Source: Bacteroidales bacterium
Lineage (GTDB): Bacteria; Bacteroidota; Bacteroidia; Bacteroidales; Azobacteroidaceae
DNA: 64,000 bases
Assembly: GCA_031552335.1 (NCBI GenBank)
Contig: JAVBMQ010000052.1
Location: 8,925 to 72,924, forward strand
Reading direction: 5' to 3'
The notes beneath the pieces are model-generated. The model had not been told where the DNA came from and searched no databases. It saw only the letters and a program-made list of their open reading frames with translations. Both the position numbers and the translations under genes were made by a program. This document shows positions 55,288 to 64,000 of this stretch, one piece after another; the first letter of the stretch is position 1, and each line of letters begins with the position of its first letter.

Positions 55288-56013
55288 TCAAATCCCAATA
55301 GAAGTATAATAGTAATAGTCTTTCACAATACGAACAAGGAATCCACGGTCTGATTCAGACATTTCCACATCCAATGTTTTTTTAACTTTATTAGCTAATT
55401 CATTGATACGCAATTCATTTCCATCTTCAGGGAGATCCAGAAAGTTACGAATCAATGCCACTTGTCCTTCAGAAAGTTTTTCCACCTGCGGATATACAGG
55501 TTCGTAGTTATCATCAAATTCATAATATTCGGCTCCGATATCTATTTTGTCTGAGGTTCTGACAACGACCGTTCCGGCGGCCAGGTCACCTATCCGCTGA
55601 TGTCTTCTTGTAAAAAAAATAAAGAAGGTACCCAATGCTCCCAGAAAAGGAAAGAAATCAGCAATACGAAGCAACCAACGAAGGAAATGAGAACCGATGG
55701 AAGGAGCAGAACCATCCATATGGGTAACCCGTACCTTCAAGGCCATTTTTCCTGGAGTCTGTCCATTTATAAAACCTTCGAAAAGAAAATTATAAAAAGT
55801 AACCGGGATCAATAAAATCAAAACAATGATCAGACTCAGATCATCGGAAGGATTTGAGTAAATTCCCCATTGTTCAAAAAGAAGATATATGAAGAAGATA
55901 TAAAAACCCTGAATGAACCAATCAAGGACAGTAGCCAGTCCCCGTTCAAACACACTCGCAGGTTTATAAGCAATTGTTACATGCTGACCGGTTAAAATAT
56001 CAATAGATTCCAT
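55288..56013 (-). CDS. RDD-family membrane protein
   Basis: TM segments and the RDD region RRHQRIGDLAAGTVVV. It is transcribed divergently from the MoxR operon. Confidence 0.7.
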   Translation of the reverse strand: MESIDILTGQHVTIAYKPASVFERGLATVLDWFIQGFYIFFIYLLFEQWGIYSNPSDDLSLIIVLILLIPVTFYNFLFEGFINGQTPGKMALKVRVTHMDGSAPSIGSHFLRWLLRIADFFPFLGALGTFFIFFTRRHQRIGDLAAGTVVVRTSDKIDIGAEYYEFDDNYEPVYPQVEKLSEGQVALIRNFLDLPEDGNELRINELANKVKKTLDVEMSESDRGFLVRIVKDYYYYTSIGI

Positions 56014-56024
56014 AATTTTTTTTG

Positions 56025-56032
56025 CAAAAATA
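56025..56032 (-). promoter_or_regulatory. Candidate -7 box (TATTTTTG on the minus strand) for the RDD gene
   Basis: The plus strand reads CAAAAATA, 12 nt upstream of ATG 56013. This implies a very short leader. Confidence 0.3.
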
Positions 56033-56044
56033 ACAAAACTTCCC

Positions 56045-56052
56045 TACTTTTG
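56045..56052 (+). promoter_or_regulatory. Candidate -7 box TACTTTTG for the SpoIIM-like to MoxR operon
   Basis: Exact TAnnTTTG match, 22 nt upstream of ATG 56075. Confidence 0.45.
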
Positions 56053-56074
56053 CATCTTTACTAAACAGAACTTC

Positions 56075-57025
56075 ATGAAAGAAGCCCTTTTTATCCGGCA
56101 AAACAGTGCTAAATGGAAGACGTATGAAGGAAGGATCAAGTATCCTTCTCAATATACGCCGGATGAACTGGCAGATATATACATCGACCTGACAAATGAT
56201 TTGTCATTTTCCCGCACGCATTATCCTCATTCCAGAGTAACATTTTACCTGAATAATCTCTCATCCAAATTACATCAGTATATACATGGGAGAAAAAAAG
56301 AAAATATTTCGGCTATCATTACTTTCTGGACAAAAAAAATGCCTCTTGTCATGTATGAGGCCCGGAAGGAATTGCTGTATGCTTTCCTGATTTTTCTGGT
56401 CAGTGCTTTGATTGGTGTTGTTTCCACTTTGAATGATGAAGAATTCTCCCGGGTTATCCTGACTGATCATTATGTAGATATGACTTTGGATAATATACAA
56501 TCAGGCGATCCGATGGCTGTTTATAAGGATGAGCATCAAACCGGAATGTTCTTCGGTATAACAATCAACAACATCCGTGTATCCTTCTATACTTTCATTG
56601 CAGGAATATTCACATCAGTCTGCACAGCTTATTTTCTTTTGGTAAATGGTGTTGTGATAGGGACTTTCCAGACTTTTTTCGCAGAGCACGGACTCTTATG
56701 GGAATCTTTTCTGACGATCTGGATACATGGAACACTGGAAATATCAGCTATTATCATTGCCGGAGCAGCTGGTATATCAATGGGCAACGGGTGGTTATTC
56801 CCGGGTACCTATTCCAGGATTGAATCATTCCGGAGAGGCGCAAAAAAAGGATTAAAGATTATTGTGGGGTTGATCCCTATTTTTATTATTGCCGGTTTTT
56901 TTGAATCATTCCTGACACGTAATACAGAATGGCCGGATGCGGCGCGGCTGATTGTGATATTAGGATCACTGGTGTTTGTGATTTTTTATTTTATTGTTTG
57001 GCCGAGACGGGCTGTTAAAAGTTAA
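56075..57025 (+). CDS. SpoIIM-like (stage II sporulation protein M family / DUF95) membrane protein
   Basis: NNIRVSFYTFIAGI...LLVNGVVIGTF...IWIHGTLEISAIIIAGAAGISMG is the typical core of this family. Confidence 0.7.
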   Translation: MKEALFIRQNSAKWKTYEGRIKYPSQYTPDELADIYIDLTNDLSFSRTHYPHSRVTFYLNNLSSKLHQYIHGRKKENISAIITFWTKKMPLVMYEARKELLYAFLIFLVSALIGVVSTLNDEEFSRVILTDHYVDMTLDNIQSGDPMAVYKDEHQTGMFFGITINNIRVSFYTFIAGIFTSVCTAYFLLVNGVVIGTFQTFFAEHGLLWESFLTIWIHGTLEISAIIIAGAAGISMGNGWLFPGTYSRIESFRRGAKKGLKIIVGLIPIFIIAGFFESFLTRNTEWPDAARLIVILGSLVFVIFYFIVWPRRAVKS

Positions 57026-57042
57026 TAATTATAATATTTATC

Positions 57043-57969
57043 ATGGAAGATAAGAAAAAGATTGAATTGTATAAAAAACGGAAGTTAAGTGAAGTACTTG
57101 CGGATTCTATGAATTTTATTCAGTATAATGCCAAGGCTATTTTCAAAAACCTGGCATTGGTTTCGTTACCTTTTGCTGTAGTGGCTGCCTACTTTTCGAA
57201 ATATCAGGCAAGCAGCGCTTTTTCTTCTGCATTTTTAGGAATGAATGGTATTGCGAGTGATACTTTTCTTACAGGTATACTGGTATATATGCTGGTAGTG
57301 ATTATTGCTCATTCCGTTATATACGGAACTTGTGCATCCATGATGCGAAAATATGAGTCCGAAGAATTGACTGCGAAGACCAGATTATCAGATTTGAGCA
57401 CCGATCTTCTTCCTTTTTCGTTGAAAACTCTCGCTCTTTTCCTTATTGTTTTTACTGTAGCCATACTGATTATTTTTCTGGTGGCCTTTGCTTTTTTATC
57501 AGTATTGAATGTTAGATCATGGGTGATACTGTTGTTGATCGTTCTTTTTTTCACTATGATTGTCCCCCTTTCTATGGTATTTTTTCCTATGTATTTCAAA
57601 AACATATCCATTTGGGCCTCCTTTTCAGAAGGAATAAGAATCGGTTTAAAAAAATGGGGATCTACTTTTGTAGTCTTATTGGTAGGAAGCTTATTTATAT
57701 GGCTGATGTCCATGTTTTTATCTGTTCCTTATTATATTGCATTATTCCTGCAGGGAATTCTGGGGACTAACGCTATTGATATCACAGGTTCCGGATCATT
57801 TCTCATTACCGATATCATTATGTATGTAGGTTCTTTCATTATGGTTTATGGTACATTCCTGGTCACTCCTTTCATTTTTGTTCCCTTAGCATTCCAATAT
57901 TGCAGGATCAGAGAAGAGGAAGAGGGTGTCTCCATGGAAAGTGAAATCGACCATTTTGATGAAATCTGA
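57043..57969 (+). CDS. Polytopic membrane protein, function unknown
   Basis: 308 aa with about 6 hydrophobic helices. It lies 17 nt downstream of the SpoIIM-like gene. Confidence 0.6.
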   Translation: MEDKKKIELYKKRKLSEVLADSMNFIQYNAKAIFKNLALVSLPFAVVAAYFSKYQASSAFSSAFLGMNGIASDTFLTGILVYMLVVIIAHSVIYGTCASMMRKYESEELTAKTRLSDLSTDLLPFSLKTLALFLIVFTVAILIIFLVAFAFLSVLNVRSWVILLLIVLFFTMIVPLSMVFFPMYFKNISIWASFSEGIRIGLKKWGSTFVVLLVGSLFIWLMSMFLSVPYYIALFLQGILGTNAIDITGSGSFLITDIIMYVGSFIMVYGTFLVTPFIFVPLAFQYCRIREEEEGVSMESEIDHFDEI

Positions 57970-57973
57970 TCAG

Positions 57974-58816
57974 ATGGGTAAAGCAAAGCTGAAAATATTT
58001 TTCACATTTTCCATTGTGATGCTTTCTTTCCAATGGATTTGGGGAGAAAAGCTTGACAGTATTGCTTTGCAAGAATTCGACAGTATTGTTTTAAATGCAT
58101 CTGATGAAAACACTTATTATCCGGATGATGATGACTATGAAACAGAGCCCCAAAGGATTTCATATGCCCGGGATATTACAAGCAGATTAGACTCCAGCCA
58201 TATTTCTGCCGTATCTCCGGATGAAGCAACTTTAAGCAGCTTCAAAAATGACCCGGATTACAACTATTATGAACACCAGATCAAAGACGAAAGATCTATC
58301 TGGGATTATATCATGGAATCCATCCGCCGCTGGCTATCCGACAACACAGAGGAAGTAGACATTGAAGACAAAACTGTTGATAATGTTGTGATGGTTGTCG
58401 GCATTTTGCTGTTGATCGGGTTATTGTTCCTTCTGTATCGCAAAAAGCCTTCTTTATTCTACCGGAATAAAAAGGTCAAACCGGATTATAAAGTAGAAGA
58501 AGAAAATATTTATGGTATAGATTTCGACCAACTCATAGCTGCGGCTCTGAAAGAAAAAGCATATACCCATGCCATCCGGTGGAAATATCTTCAGACCTTG
58601 AAATGGATGGAAGACAGAGAACTGATCAAATGGAATCCGAATAAAACAGTTATTGAGTATTGCTACGAACTGAAAAATCCGGATTTAAGGAATCAATTCC
58701 GTACTTTTTCCACATTTTTCCTATATTTCAGGTATGGTAATTTTGAATCAGAAGAAGTGCATTTCAACGAGATGAAAATGATGTCGGACGAAATCAAAAA
58801 AGCATTGTATTTATGA
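57974..58816 (+). CDS. DUF4129-like membrane-anchored protein
   Basis: The track ORF starts at 57926; ATG 57974 (MGKAKLKIFFTF...) or ATG 57959 is the likely start. There is a central TM segment VVMVVGILLLIGLLFLLY. The C-terminal region ...TVIEYCYELKNPDLRNQFRTFSTFFLYFRYGNF is DUF4129-like. Confidence 0.6.
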   Translation: MGKAKLKIFFTFSIVMLSFQWIWGEKLDSIALQEFDSIVLNASDENTYYPDDDDYETEPQRISYARDITSRLDSSHISAVSPDEATLSSFKNDPDYNYYEHQIKDERSIWDYIMESIRRWLSDNTEEVDIEDKTVDNVVMVVGILLLIGLLFLLYRKKPSLFYRNKKVKPDYKVEEENIYGIDFDQLIAAALKEKAYTHAIRWKYLQTLKWMEDRELIKWNPNKTVIEYCYELKNPDLRNQFRTFSTFFLYFRYGNFESEEVHFNEMKMMSDEIKKALYL

Positions 58817-60012
58817 AAAACAAGGCTTTGTATATTATCATATTGATCTTGTTGTTTGTTGCAGTGTATCTCTTCAACAGCCATCAACCGAAGACTTTTC
58901 AGTGGGAACCGACTTATAGTGCACACGACAGGAATCCGTTCGGTACATACGTTTTCGAAGAATTATTAAAAAAATCGTGGAAAAATCCTTATACTCATTC
59001 ATATAAAACAATCCGGAGATTGGAATATGAAGGATCACTGACCAACCAGAATATATTACTCCTCTCCAATTATTTAGATGTAGGTAATGATGAATTGGAC
59101 AATATGCTGGAATATGCAGAAAAAGGACACACCATTTTCATTGCTGCCGGCAGTTTTTCGCACACGATTGAGAAAAAAATGGAATTTTATACCATGTATG
59201 GTAATTGGTGGTATGACCGGATGGCTGTACAAAGAAATGCCGACACATTGAAAATCGACAGAAAAGTAAAACTTTGTTCGCCGGTATTTGCTGAAAAAGA
59301 ATACAAATTCCCGAAAATGATTTTAAGCTGTTATTTCGATTCTATTCCGGAAAACAGCCGGGTATTGGCTGTTAATGACAGCCTGCAACCCATCGCCATC
59401 TCTTGTCCGGTAGGTAAAGGAAATATGATTTTTTGTTGTAGTCCGATGATTTTCACCAATTATGGTATTTTATCGGAAGATGCGGAATTCATCTGGGGAT
59501 TGTTATCCTATTTAGAAGGAGCTCCTTTACTGCGAACAGAGTTTTATGAAACGGGAAGTGATGAAAGTCAGTCACCGTTCCGGTATCTCCTGAAAGAACC
59601 GCCTCTCCGCTGGGCGTTATATATCACACTGCTGACGATTCTGATCTTTATGATATTTACTGCCAAAAGGAAACAACGGGTTATTCCGGTAATTAAGGAT
59701 CCGGAAAATCATTTATTGAAGTTTATTCGTTCGCTCTCTACTCTTTATTTGAGAAAAAGTGACAATAACGACATTCTTCAAAAGAAATATACGCTTTTCG
59801 GCGAACAATTACAAAGAAAATATGGTATTGATATTATCAACAAACCTCATGATCAGGAACTATTTGAAAGGATTGCGCAAAAAACAGGTCATCCGACAAA
59901 TGAAATAAAATCTCTTTTCAAAAACTTTGAAGTCATTGACTCCGACTTCAATCTTTCGGATAAAATGTTGATAGAATCAGTGATAAAAATGGACAAAATA
60001 TTAAAATCATAA
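58813..60012 (+). CDS. DUF4350-like protein (GldG-like fold family)
   Basis: N-terminal TM segment followed by DRNPFGTYVFEELLKKSW. Its start codon overlaps the upstream stop (ATGA at 58813-58816), so translational coupling is likely. Confidence 0.6.
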   Translation: MKNKALYIIILILLFVAVYLFNSHQPKTFQWEPTYSAHDRNPFGTYVFEELLKKSWKNPYTHSYKTIRRLEYEGSLTNQNILLLSNYLDVGNDELDNMLEYAEKGHTIFIAAGSFSHTIEKKMEFYTMYGNWWYDRMAVQRNADTLKIDRKVKLCSPVFAEKEYKFPKMILSCYFDSIPENSRVLAVNDSLQPIAISCPVGKGNMIFCCSPMIFTNYGILSEDAEFIWGLLSYLEGAPLLRTEFYETGSDESQSPFRYLLKEPPLRWALYITLLTILIFMIFTAKRKQRVIPVIKDPENHLLKFIRSLSTLYLRKSDNNDILQKKYTLFGEQLQRKYGIDIINKPHDQELFERIAQKTGHPTNEIKSLFKNFEVIDSDFNLSDKMLIESVIKMDKILKS

Positions 60013-60023
60013 AGATACATCCT

Positions 60024-60995
60024 ATGGAAAATTTTGAAACCAGAATAGATTTAAGCGATTTTTCGGAGAAAATCAAAGCCTTGAAATCAAATATTTCAAG
60101 TATCATTGTCGGCCAGGAACAAGCTGTAGATCTGATTCTGACCGCAATATTAGCTGACGGTCACGTATTGATAGAAGGGGTTCCGGGGGTAGCAAAAACG
60201 TTAATCGCACGCCTCACAGCCAAACTGATCAATACCAATTTCTCCCGTATCCAATTCACGCCAGACCTGATGCCTTCCGATGTATTGGGAACATCTGTTT
60301 TCAACATGCAAACCAGTTCTTTTGAGTTTCACCAAGGACCTGTTTTTTCGGAAATCATACTGATTGATGAAATCAACCGGGCGCCGGCTAAAACACAAGC
60401 CGCCCTTTTTGAAGTCATGGAAGAAAGACAGGCTACAATTGATGGAAAAACCTATGCTATGGGAGATATATACACCATCATTGCCACCCAGAATCCCATC
60501 GAACAGGAAGGTACTTACCGTTTACCCGAAGCCCAGTTAGACCGTTTCCTGATGAAAATCAACATCGGATACCCGGATGCCAATGAAGAATTGGATATAC
60601 TGACCCGTCACCACGAAAATATTCACCTGGGAAAATTAAAAGAAATCAAAGCTATCCTAACCAAAAAGGAAGTAAAAACTTTCCGGGAATTGGTTTCTAA
60701 GGTATTTGTAGAACCTAGTTTGCTGAAATATATTTCACAAATAATCGTTGCTACGAGAAATAGTCCGGCTATCTATTTAGGCGCTTCGCCTCGAGCTTCT
60801 ATTGCTTTATTAAATGCATCCAAAGCATATGCTTTGTTAGAAGGGCGTGATTTTATCACACCGGATGATATCAAATATTTAGCTCCTTCGGTATTGCATC
60901 ACCGGATTATTTTATCTGCAGAAACTGAGATGGAAGGACATTCTGCTCTCAGCGTATGTAAACGTTTGATGGAAAAAATTGAGGTTCCGAAATAA
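60024..60995 (+). CDS. MoxR-family AAA+ ATPase (AAA_3)
   Basis: Walker A GVPGVAKT and Walker B ILIDEINRA. ATQNPIEQEGTYRLPEAQLDRF is a MoxR hallmark. Confidence 0.9.
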   Translation: MENFETRIDLSDFSEKIKALKSNISSIIVGQEQAVDLILTAILADGHVLIEGVPGVAKTLIARLTAKLINTNFSRIQFTPDLMPSDVLGTSVFNMQTSSFEFHQGPVFSEIILIDEINRAPAKTQAALFEVMEERQATIDGKTYAMGDIYTIIATQNPIEQEGTYRLPEAQLDRFLMKINIGYPDANEELDILTRHHENIHLGKLKEIKAILTKKEVKTFRELVSKVFVEPSLLKYISQIIVATRNSPAIYLGASPRASIALLNASKAYALLEGRDFITPDDIKYLAPSVLHHRIILSAETEMEGHSALSVCKRLMEKIEVPK

Positions 60996-61017
60996 TTTTT
61001 ATTCCTCCTTCTTAACG

Positions 61018-62472
61018 ATGAATAGTTCTTTCATTCTACTGATTATTTGTGGATATTTTTTCTTTTTATTACTGATTTCCTGGTTTATCGGAAAAAAACA
61101 TTCGGGAAATGATGCTTTTTTTCTGGGAAATAAAAAATCTCCCTGGTATGTAGTCGCTTTTGGGATGATAGGTTCTTCTCTTTCCGGAGTGACTTTTGTA
61201 TCTGTTCCCGGAATGGTCAGAGGTTTTGATATGACCTACATGCAAATGGTTCTGGGTTTTTTACTGGGATATGCAGTGATAACCTTTATTTTATTGCCTT
61301 TGTATTACCGGCTGAATCTCACCAGTATTTATACCTACCTGGAAAATCGTATTGGTCCGAGAGGATATAAAACCGGCGCTTCCTTTTTCTTACTGGCCCG
61401 GACAATCATGGCGGCTACCCGTATGTATATTGCGGTAATCATCTTACAAACTTTTGTCTTTGACAAGTGGCATATTCCTTTTGGGGCGACTACCTGCATT
61501 TTTCTGATAATGATCTGGTTATACACATTCAGAAGCGGGGTGAGAACAATCATCTGGACCGATATGTTACAAACTATTTGCCTGCTTACTGCATTGATTT
61601 TAATTATCTGGCAGGTTGCAGACAGACTAAATCTGGATTTTCAAGGGATTGTAAGTGTCATTAAAGAAAGTCCCCATACCCGTATATTTGTTTTCGATGA
61701 TTGGTTTTCCAAACAACATTTCCTTAAACAGTTTCTCAGTGGTATGTTTGTTACCATTGCAATGACTGGTGTTGACCAGGAAATGATGCAAAAAAATCTG
61801 TCTTGTAAGAACTTGCGGGATGCACAAAAAAACATGTGCTGGTATGGATTTTCTTTTGTTCCCGTTAACTTTCTGTTTCTTTGCCTGGGCATATTATTGC
61901 TCTTTTTTGCTGCTGAAAATCAGATCAGTTTACCTGTCCTTTCAGATGATATATTGCCAACATTAGTTACAGAAGGATATCTGGGTAATATTTCTTTAAT
62001 CTTTTTCATCCTTGGAATTATTGCCGTCACTTTTTCCAGTTCGGATTCTGCACTAACAGGATTAACCACCTCTTTTTGCATAGATATTCTGAATACGTCT
62101 CAATATCAGGAAGCAAAAGCCAAACGCCTGAGACTTCTGGTGCATCTGCTGATATCCATTGCCTTCATTGTAATCGTATTGATATTCAGGATTGCGAACA
62201 ATGGCAGCATCATTGACGCCATCTACATGGTCGCCTCTTATACCTATGGCCCATTATTAGGATTATTCGCATTCGGTTTGCTGAACCAAAGAAAAACAAA
62301 CGACAAATGGGTACCCCTTATATGTATCCTCGCACCCATACTTTGCCTTGGACTAAACCGGCTATGCCAAAACACCATACAATATTCATTCGGATATGAA
62401 ATGCTGATTGTGAATGCGGGACTGGTAGTTGGGGGGCTTTTTATTTTTTCTTCGAAAAAACAAAAAAAATGA
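61018..62472 (+). CDS. Sodium:solute symporter (SSF) family transporter
   Basis: The start was moved to ATG 61018 (MNSSFILLIICGYFFF). GNDAFFLGNKKSPWYVVAFGMIGSSLSGVTFVSVPG is the SSF N-terminal region. About 13 TM helices. Confidence 0.8.
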   Translation: MNSSFILLIICGYFFFLLLISWFIGKKHSGNDAFFLGNKKSPWYVVAFGMIGSSLSGVTFVSVPGMVRGFDMTYMQMVLGFLLGYAVITFILLPLYYRLNLTSIYTYLENRIGPRGYKTGASFFLLARTIMAATRMYIAVIILQTFVFDKWHIPFGATTCIFLIMIWLYTFRSGVRTIIWTDMLQTICLLTALILIIWQVADRLNLDFQGIVSVIKESPHTRIFVFDDWFSKQHFLKQFLSGMFVTIAMTGVDQEMMQKNLSCKNLRDAQKNMCWYGFSFVPVNFLFLCLGILLLFFAAENQISLPVLSDDILPTLVTEGYLGNISLIFFILGIIAVTFSSSDSALTGLTTSFCIDILNTSQYQEAKAKRLRLLVHLLISIAFIVIVLIFRIANNGSIIDAIYMVASYTYGPLLGLFAFGLLNQRKTNDKWVPLICILAPILCLGLNRLCQNTIQYSFGYEMLIVNAGLVVGGLFIFSSKKQKK

Positions 62473-62533
62473 CAATTGACACCTTGATTTTTTTGTTATT
62501 TTACATCAAGGCAAAAAGTAAACTTCGAAAGGT

Positions 62534-63589
62534 TTACTTGATTTTTGTTATAATCCCATCCTCAGTAATAGAAAGCGCTGTCCCTGGAAAATCCAGTATA
62601 GTCAGACGGCGAATCTCCTTTGCCGCTGCATGGTTTGTATCCAATACCGGACCATTCTTGTCTAATTGAAGGGCTGATATAATTTCTCCTTTCTGAAAAA
62701 CACCCTTATTATCAGTCCATACTTTTACTATTGGAGCATATCCGCTGATGCCACTGATACTAAAATCACCTGATGTACAAAAGTTTCCCATGCTATAGAT
62801 AATGAACCTATCTCTGTATAATTCGGCTGCACGTACTACATGCGGTCCGTGTCCGAATACAACATCAGCTCCGGCATCGATTACTGCATGGGCAAATTCA
62901 TAGACATTTCCACGGTTTTCTCCGTAAAAGGTTTCAGTTTTACGGGGAACGCGATTGTGGGATTTTCCTTCAGCACCACCATGAAAGGAGACAATGACAA
63001 TATCACAATCTTTATTCAACTCTGCTACTATTTTTTTTGCATGAGCAATATCTGTGATTCTGACAGTTGCCGTATTGGGTGCAAATCCACAAAAACCATA
63101 TTTGATTCCATCAATTTCAAAACGGGCTGTTTCGCAAACATTTTCCAATCCGGCATATGCAATTCCGGCTTTCTTCAAAACATTAACGGTATTTTCTCTT
63201 CCGGCCGGACCGAAATCTCCCATATGGTTGTTGGCTATGTTCATTACGTCAAAACCGGCATCTAAGAGTCGGTCGACGTATCGTTCGGGCATTCGAAAAA
63301 AGTAACATCCACTCTTACAAGGCTTTGGAGTTCCCCCGCTATTCAGGAAACTTCCTTCGAGGTTACCAAAAGTTACATCGGCATCTTTCAATATGTCTTT
63401 CACTTCCCGTAACAAGTCTTTTCCGTCATTAGGCGGTAATTTTTCGTTACCCGGATAATTGGAGCCTAACATGATATCACCTGTTCCAATAATAGATACG
63501 GTTGTTTTTTTCGCTTGTTGAGCAAAAGATAAAGAGGTTGAGAGCAATAAAGCTGTCAAAGTAATCGCAATTGTTTTGAAATATAGCAT
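62534..63589 (-). CDS. CapA/PGA_cap-family metallophosphatase-like protein (secreted)
   Basis: Signal peptide ...SLSFAQQ. Family motifs: FGNLEG, NIANNH, VSFHGGAEG and GHGPHV. Confidence 0.75.
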   Translation of the reverse strand: MLYFKTIAITLTALLLSTSLSFAQQAKKTTVSIIGTGDIMLGSNYPGNEKLPPNDGKDLLREVKDILKDADVTFGNLEGSFLNSGGTPKPCKSGCYFFRMPERYVDRLLDAGFDVMNIANNHMGDFGPAGRENTVNVLKKAGIAYAGLENVCETARFEIDGIKYGFCGFAPNTATVRITDIAHAKKIVAELNKDCDIVIVSFHGGAEGKSHNRVPRKTETFYGENRGNVYEFAHAVIDAGADVVFGHGPHVVRAAELYRDRFIIYSMGNFCTSGDFSISGISGYAPIVKVWTDNKGVFQKGEIISALQLDKNGPVLDTNHAAAKEIRRLTILDFPGTALSITEDGIITKIK

Positions 63590-63614
63590 AAAATAGTTGA
63601 TTTTTAGTTTGGGA

Positions 63615-63622
63615 CAAAGATA
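63615..63622 (-). promoter_or_regulatory. Candidate -7 box (TATCTTTG on the minus strand) for the CapA-like gene
   Basis: The plus strand reads CAAAGATA, 26 nt upstream of ATG 63589. Confidence 0.4.
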
Positions 63623-63655
63623 GTGTATTAATTGTCAATTATCAATTAAAATGTG

Positions 63656-64000
63656 TTATCCATTTGTTTTCCGGTAATTCAGCATTGCCCAGGTATTGAA
63701 AAATATGGCAAAACCAATGATTGAGAATAATTGAGGAAGGATATCCTGCAAAGCGCTTCCTTTCATGAAAACCAATCGGATAACTTCCACAAAATAGCGG
63801 ACAGGATTAAACGCAGTGACCGTTTGTGCCCACTCCGGCATGCTGCTGATGGGTGTAAAAAGGCCACTGAGCAGAAAAAAGATAATCAGGAAAAAGAAAG
63901 CTGTAAACATGGCTTGTTGTTGCGTATCGGAATAGGTGGAGATCACTAATCCGGCACCAAGAAAAGCAAGAAGATAAAAAAAGGCAAACAAGTAAATAAG
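63656..64000 (-). CDS. ABC-2 type transporter permease, C-terminal part (the gene starts beyond the right window edge)
   Basis: ...FTPISSMPEWAQTVTAFNPVRYFVEVIRLVFMKGS... is typical of an ABC-2 permease C-terminus. The frame stays open to the window end. The track's M at 63991 corresponds to an internal TTG. Confidence 0.7.
   Translation of the reverse strand, partial: LIYLFAFFYLLAFLGAGLVISTYSDTQQQAMFTAFFFLIIFFLLSGLFTPISSMPEWAQTVTAFNPVRYFVEVIRLVFMKGSALQDILPQLFSIIGFAIFFNTWAMLNYRKTNG

Noticed and set aside
9269-61017. N-terminal extensions of track ORFs at 9334, 11034, 26245, 35694, 45570, 57926 and 60979.
   Set aside because: In each case an internal ATG gives a canonical signal peptide or TM start (verified in the sequence), while the extension is unstructured. 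The last ORF in the window shows that the track also labels non-ATG starts as M (TTG near 63991), so the longest ORF is not necessarily the gene.
62482-62540. Two small hairpins (CCTTGAT...ATCAAGG and GTAAAC-TTCGAAAG-GTTTAC) between the symporter and CapA genes, considered as terminators.
   Set aside because: The stems are short (6-7 bp), the first has a long T-rich loop, and there are no proper trailing U-tracts. The evidence is too weak to annotate.
63961-64000. The last displayed line has 39 nt, not 40. The ORF-track frame for 63656-63991 only fits if the A-run near 63976-63981 has one more A than displayed.
   Set aside because: This is most likely a display or transcription artefact at the window end, not biology. 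It does not affect any other coordinate I checked.
1-64000. A window-wide search for CRISPR arrays, tRNA/rRNA genes, prophage or integrase genes, toxin-antitoxin pairs, and restriction-modification or other defence systems.
   Set aside because: I saw no short regularly spaced direct repeats, no RNA-gene-like GC-rich structured segments outside the REP arms, and no ORF with nuclease, methylase, integrase or reverse-transcriptase motifs.

Overview
Bacteroidota-type chromosomal segment, judged from a SusC/SusD pair, two hybrid two-component (HTCS) regulators, T9SS-type C-terminal sorting domains, lipoprotein signals with acidic export motifs, and TAnnTTTG -7 promoter boxes. All family calls come from motif recognition by eye; no HMM or BLAST search was run.

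Layout:
- 1-2364: a minus-strand ORF that runs off the left edge and is missing from the supplied ORF track. It encodes a LamG lectin-fold protein with tandem ~1-kb modules.
- 2.66-3.52 kb: a REP-associated tyrosine transposase (RAYT) gene bracketed by inverted, hairpin-rich arms that include a 76-bp perfect inverted repeat.
- 3.6-53.6 kb: a ~50-kb CAZyme/PUL island with about 16 glycoside-hydrolase modules: GH51, a beta-helix GH, 4x GH43, 2x GH29, 2x GH31, GH97, GH2, 2x GH5 and 2x GH3. It also holds one SusC/SusD/IPT-lipoprotein set and two HTCS regulators. The core (BACON-GH5, PA14-GH31, GH2, GH3 x2, GH43, SusCD, IPT-type binding protein, HTCS) resembles the Bacteroides ovatus xyloglucan utilisation locus.
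- 53.8-64 kb: a porin-like beta-barrel, an RDD / SpoIIM-like / DUF4129 / DUF4350 / MoxR module, a sodium:solute symporter, a CapA-like protein and a partial ABC-2 permease.

Most noteworthy observations:
- A promoter architecture seen four times: an 11-bp box (A/C)TG(A/C)AACAT(A/T)T sits exactly 27 nt upstream of an outward-facing TAnnTTTG box, on both sides of two divergent intergenic regions of the PUL core.
- An uncharacterised tandem-domain protein with a T9SS-like tail is the first gene of the susC operon.
- A stop-less GH43-GH31 fusion ORF retains an internal signal peptide.
- The GH29 catalytic module and its promoter are tandemly duplicated; one copy carries a T9SS-tailed extension.

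No CRISPR array, tRNA/rRNA, prophage or recognisable defence system was seen.
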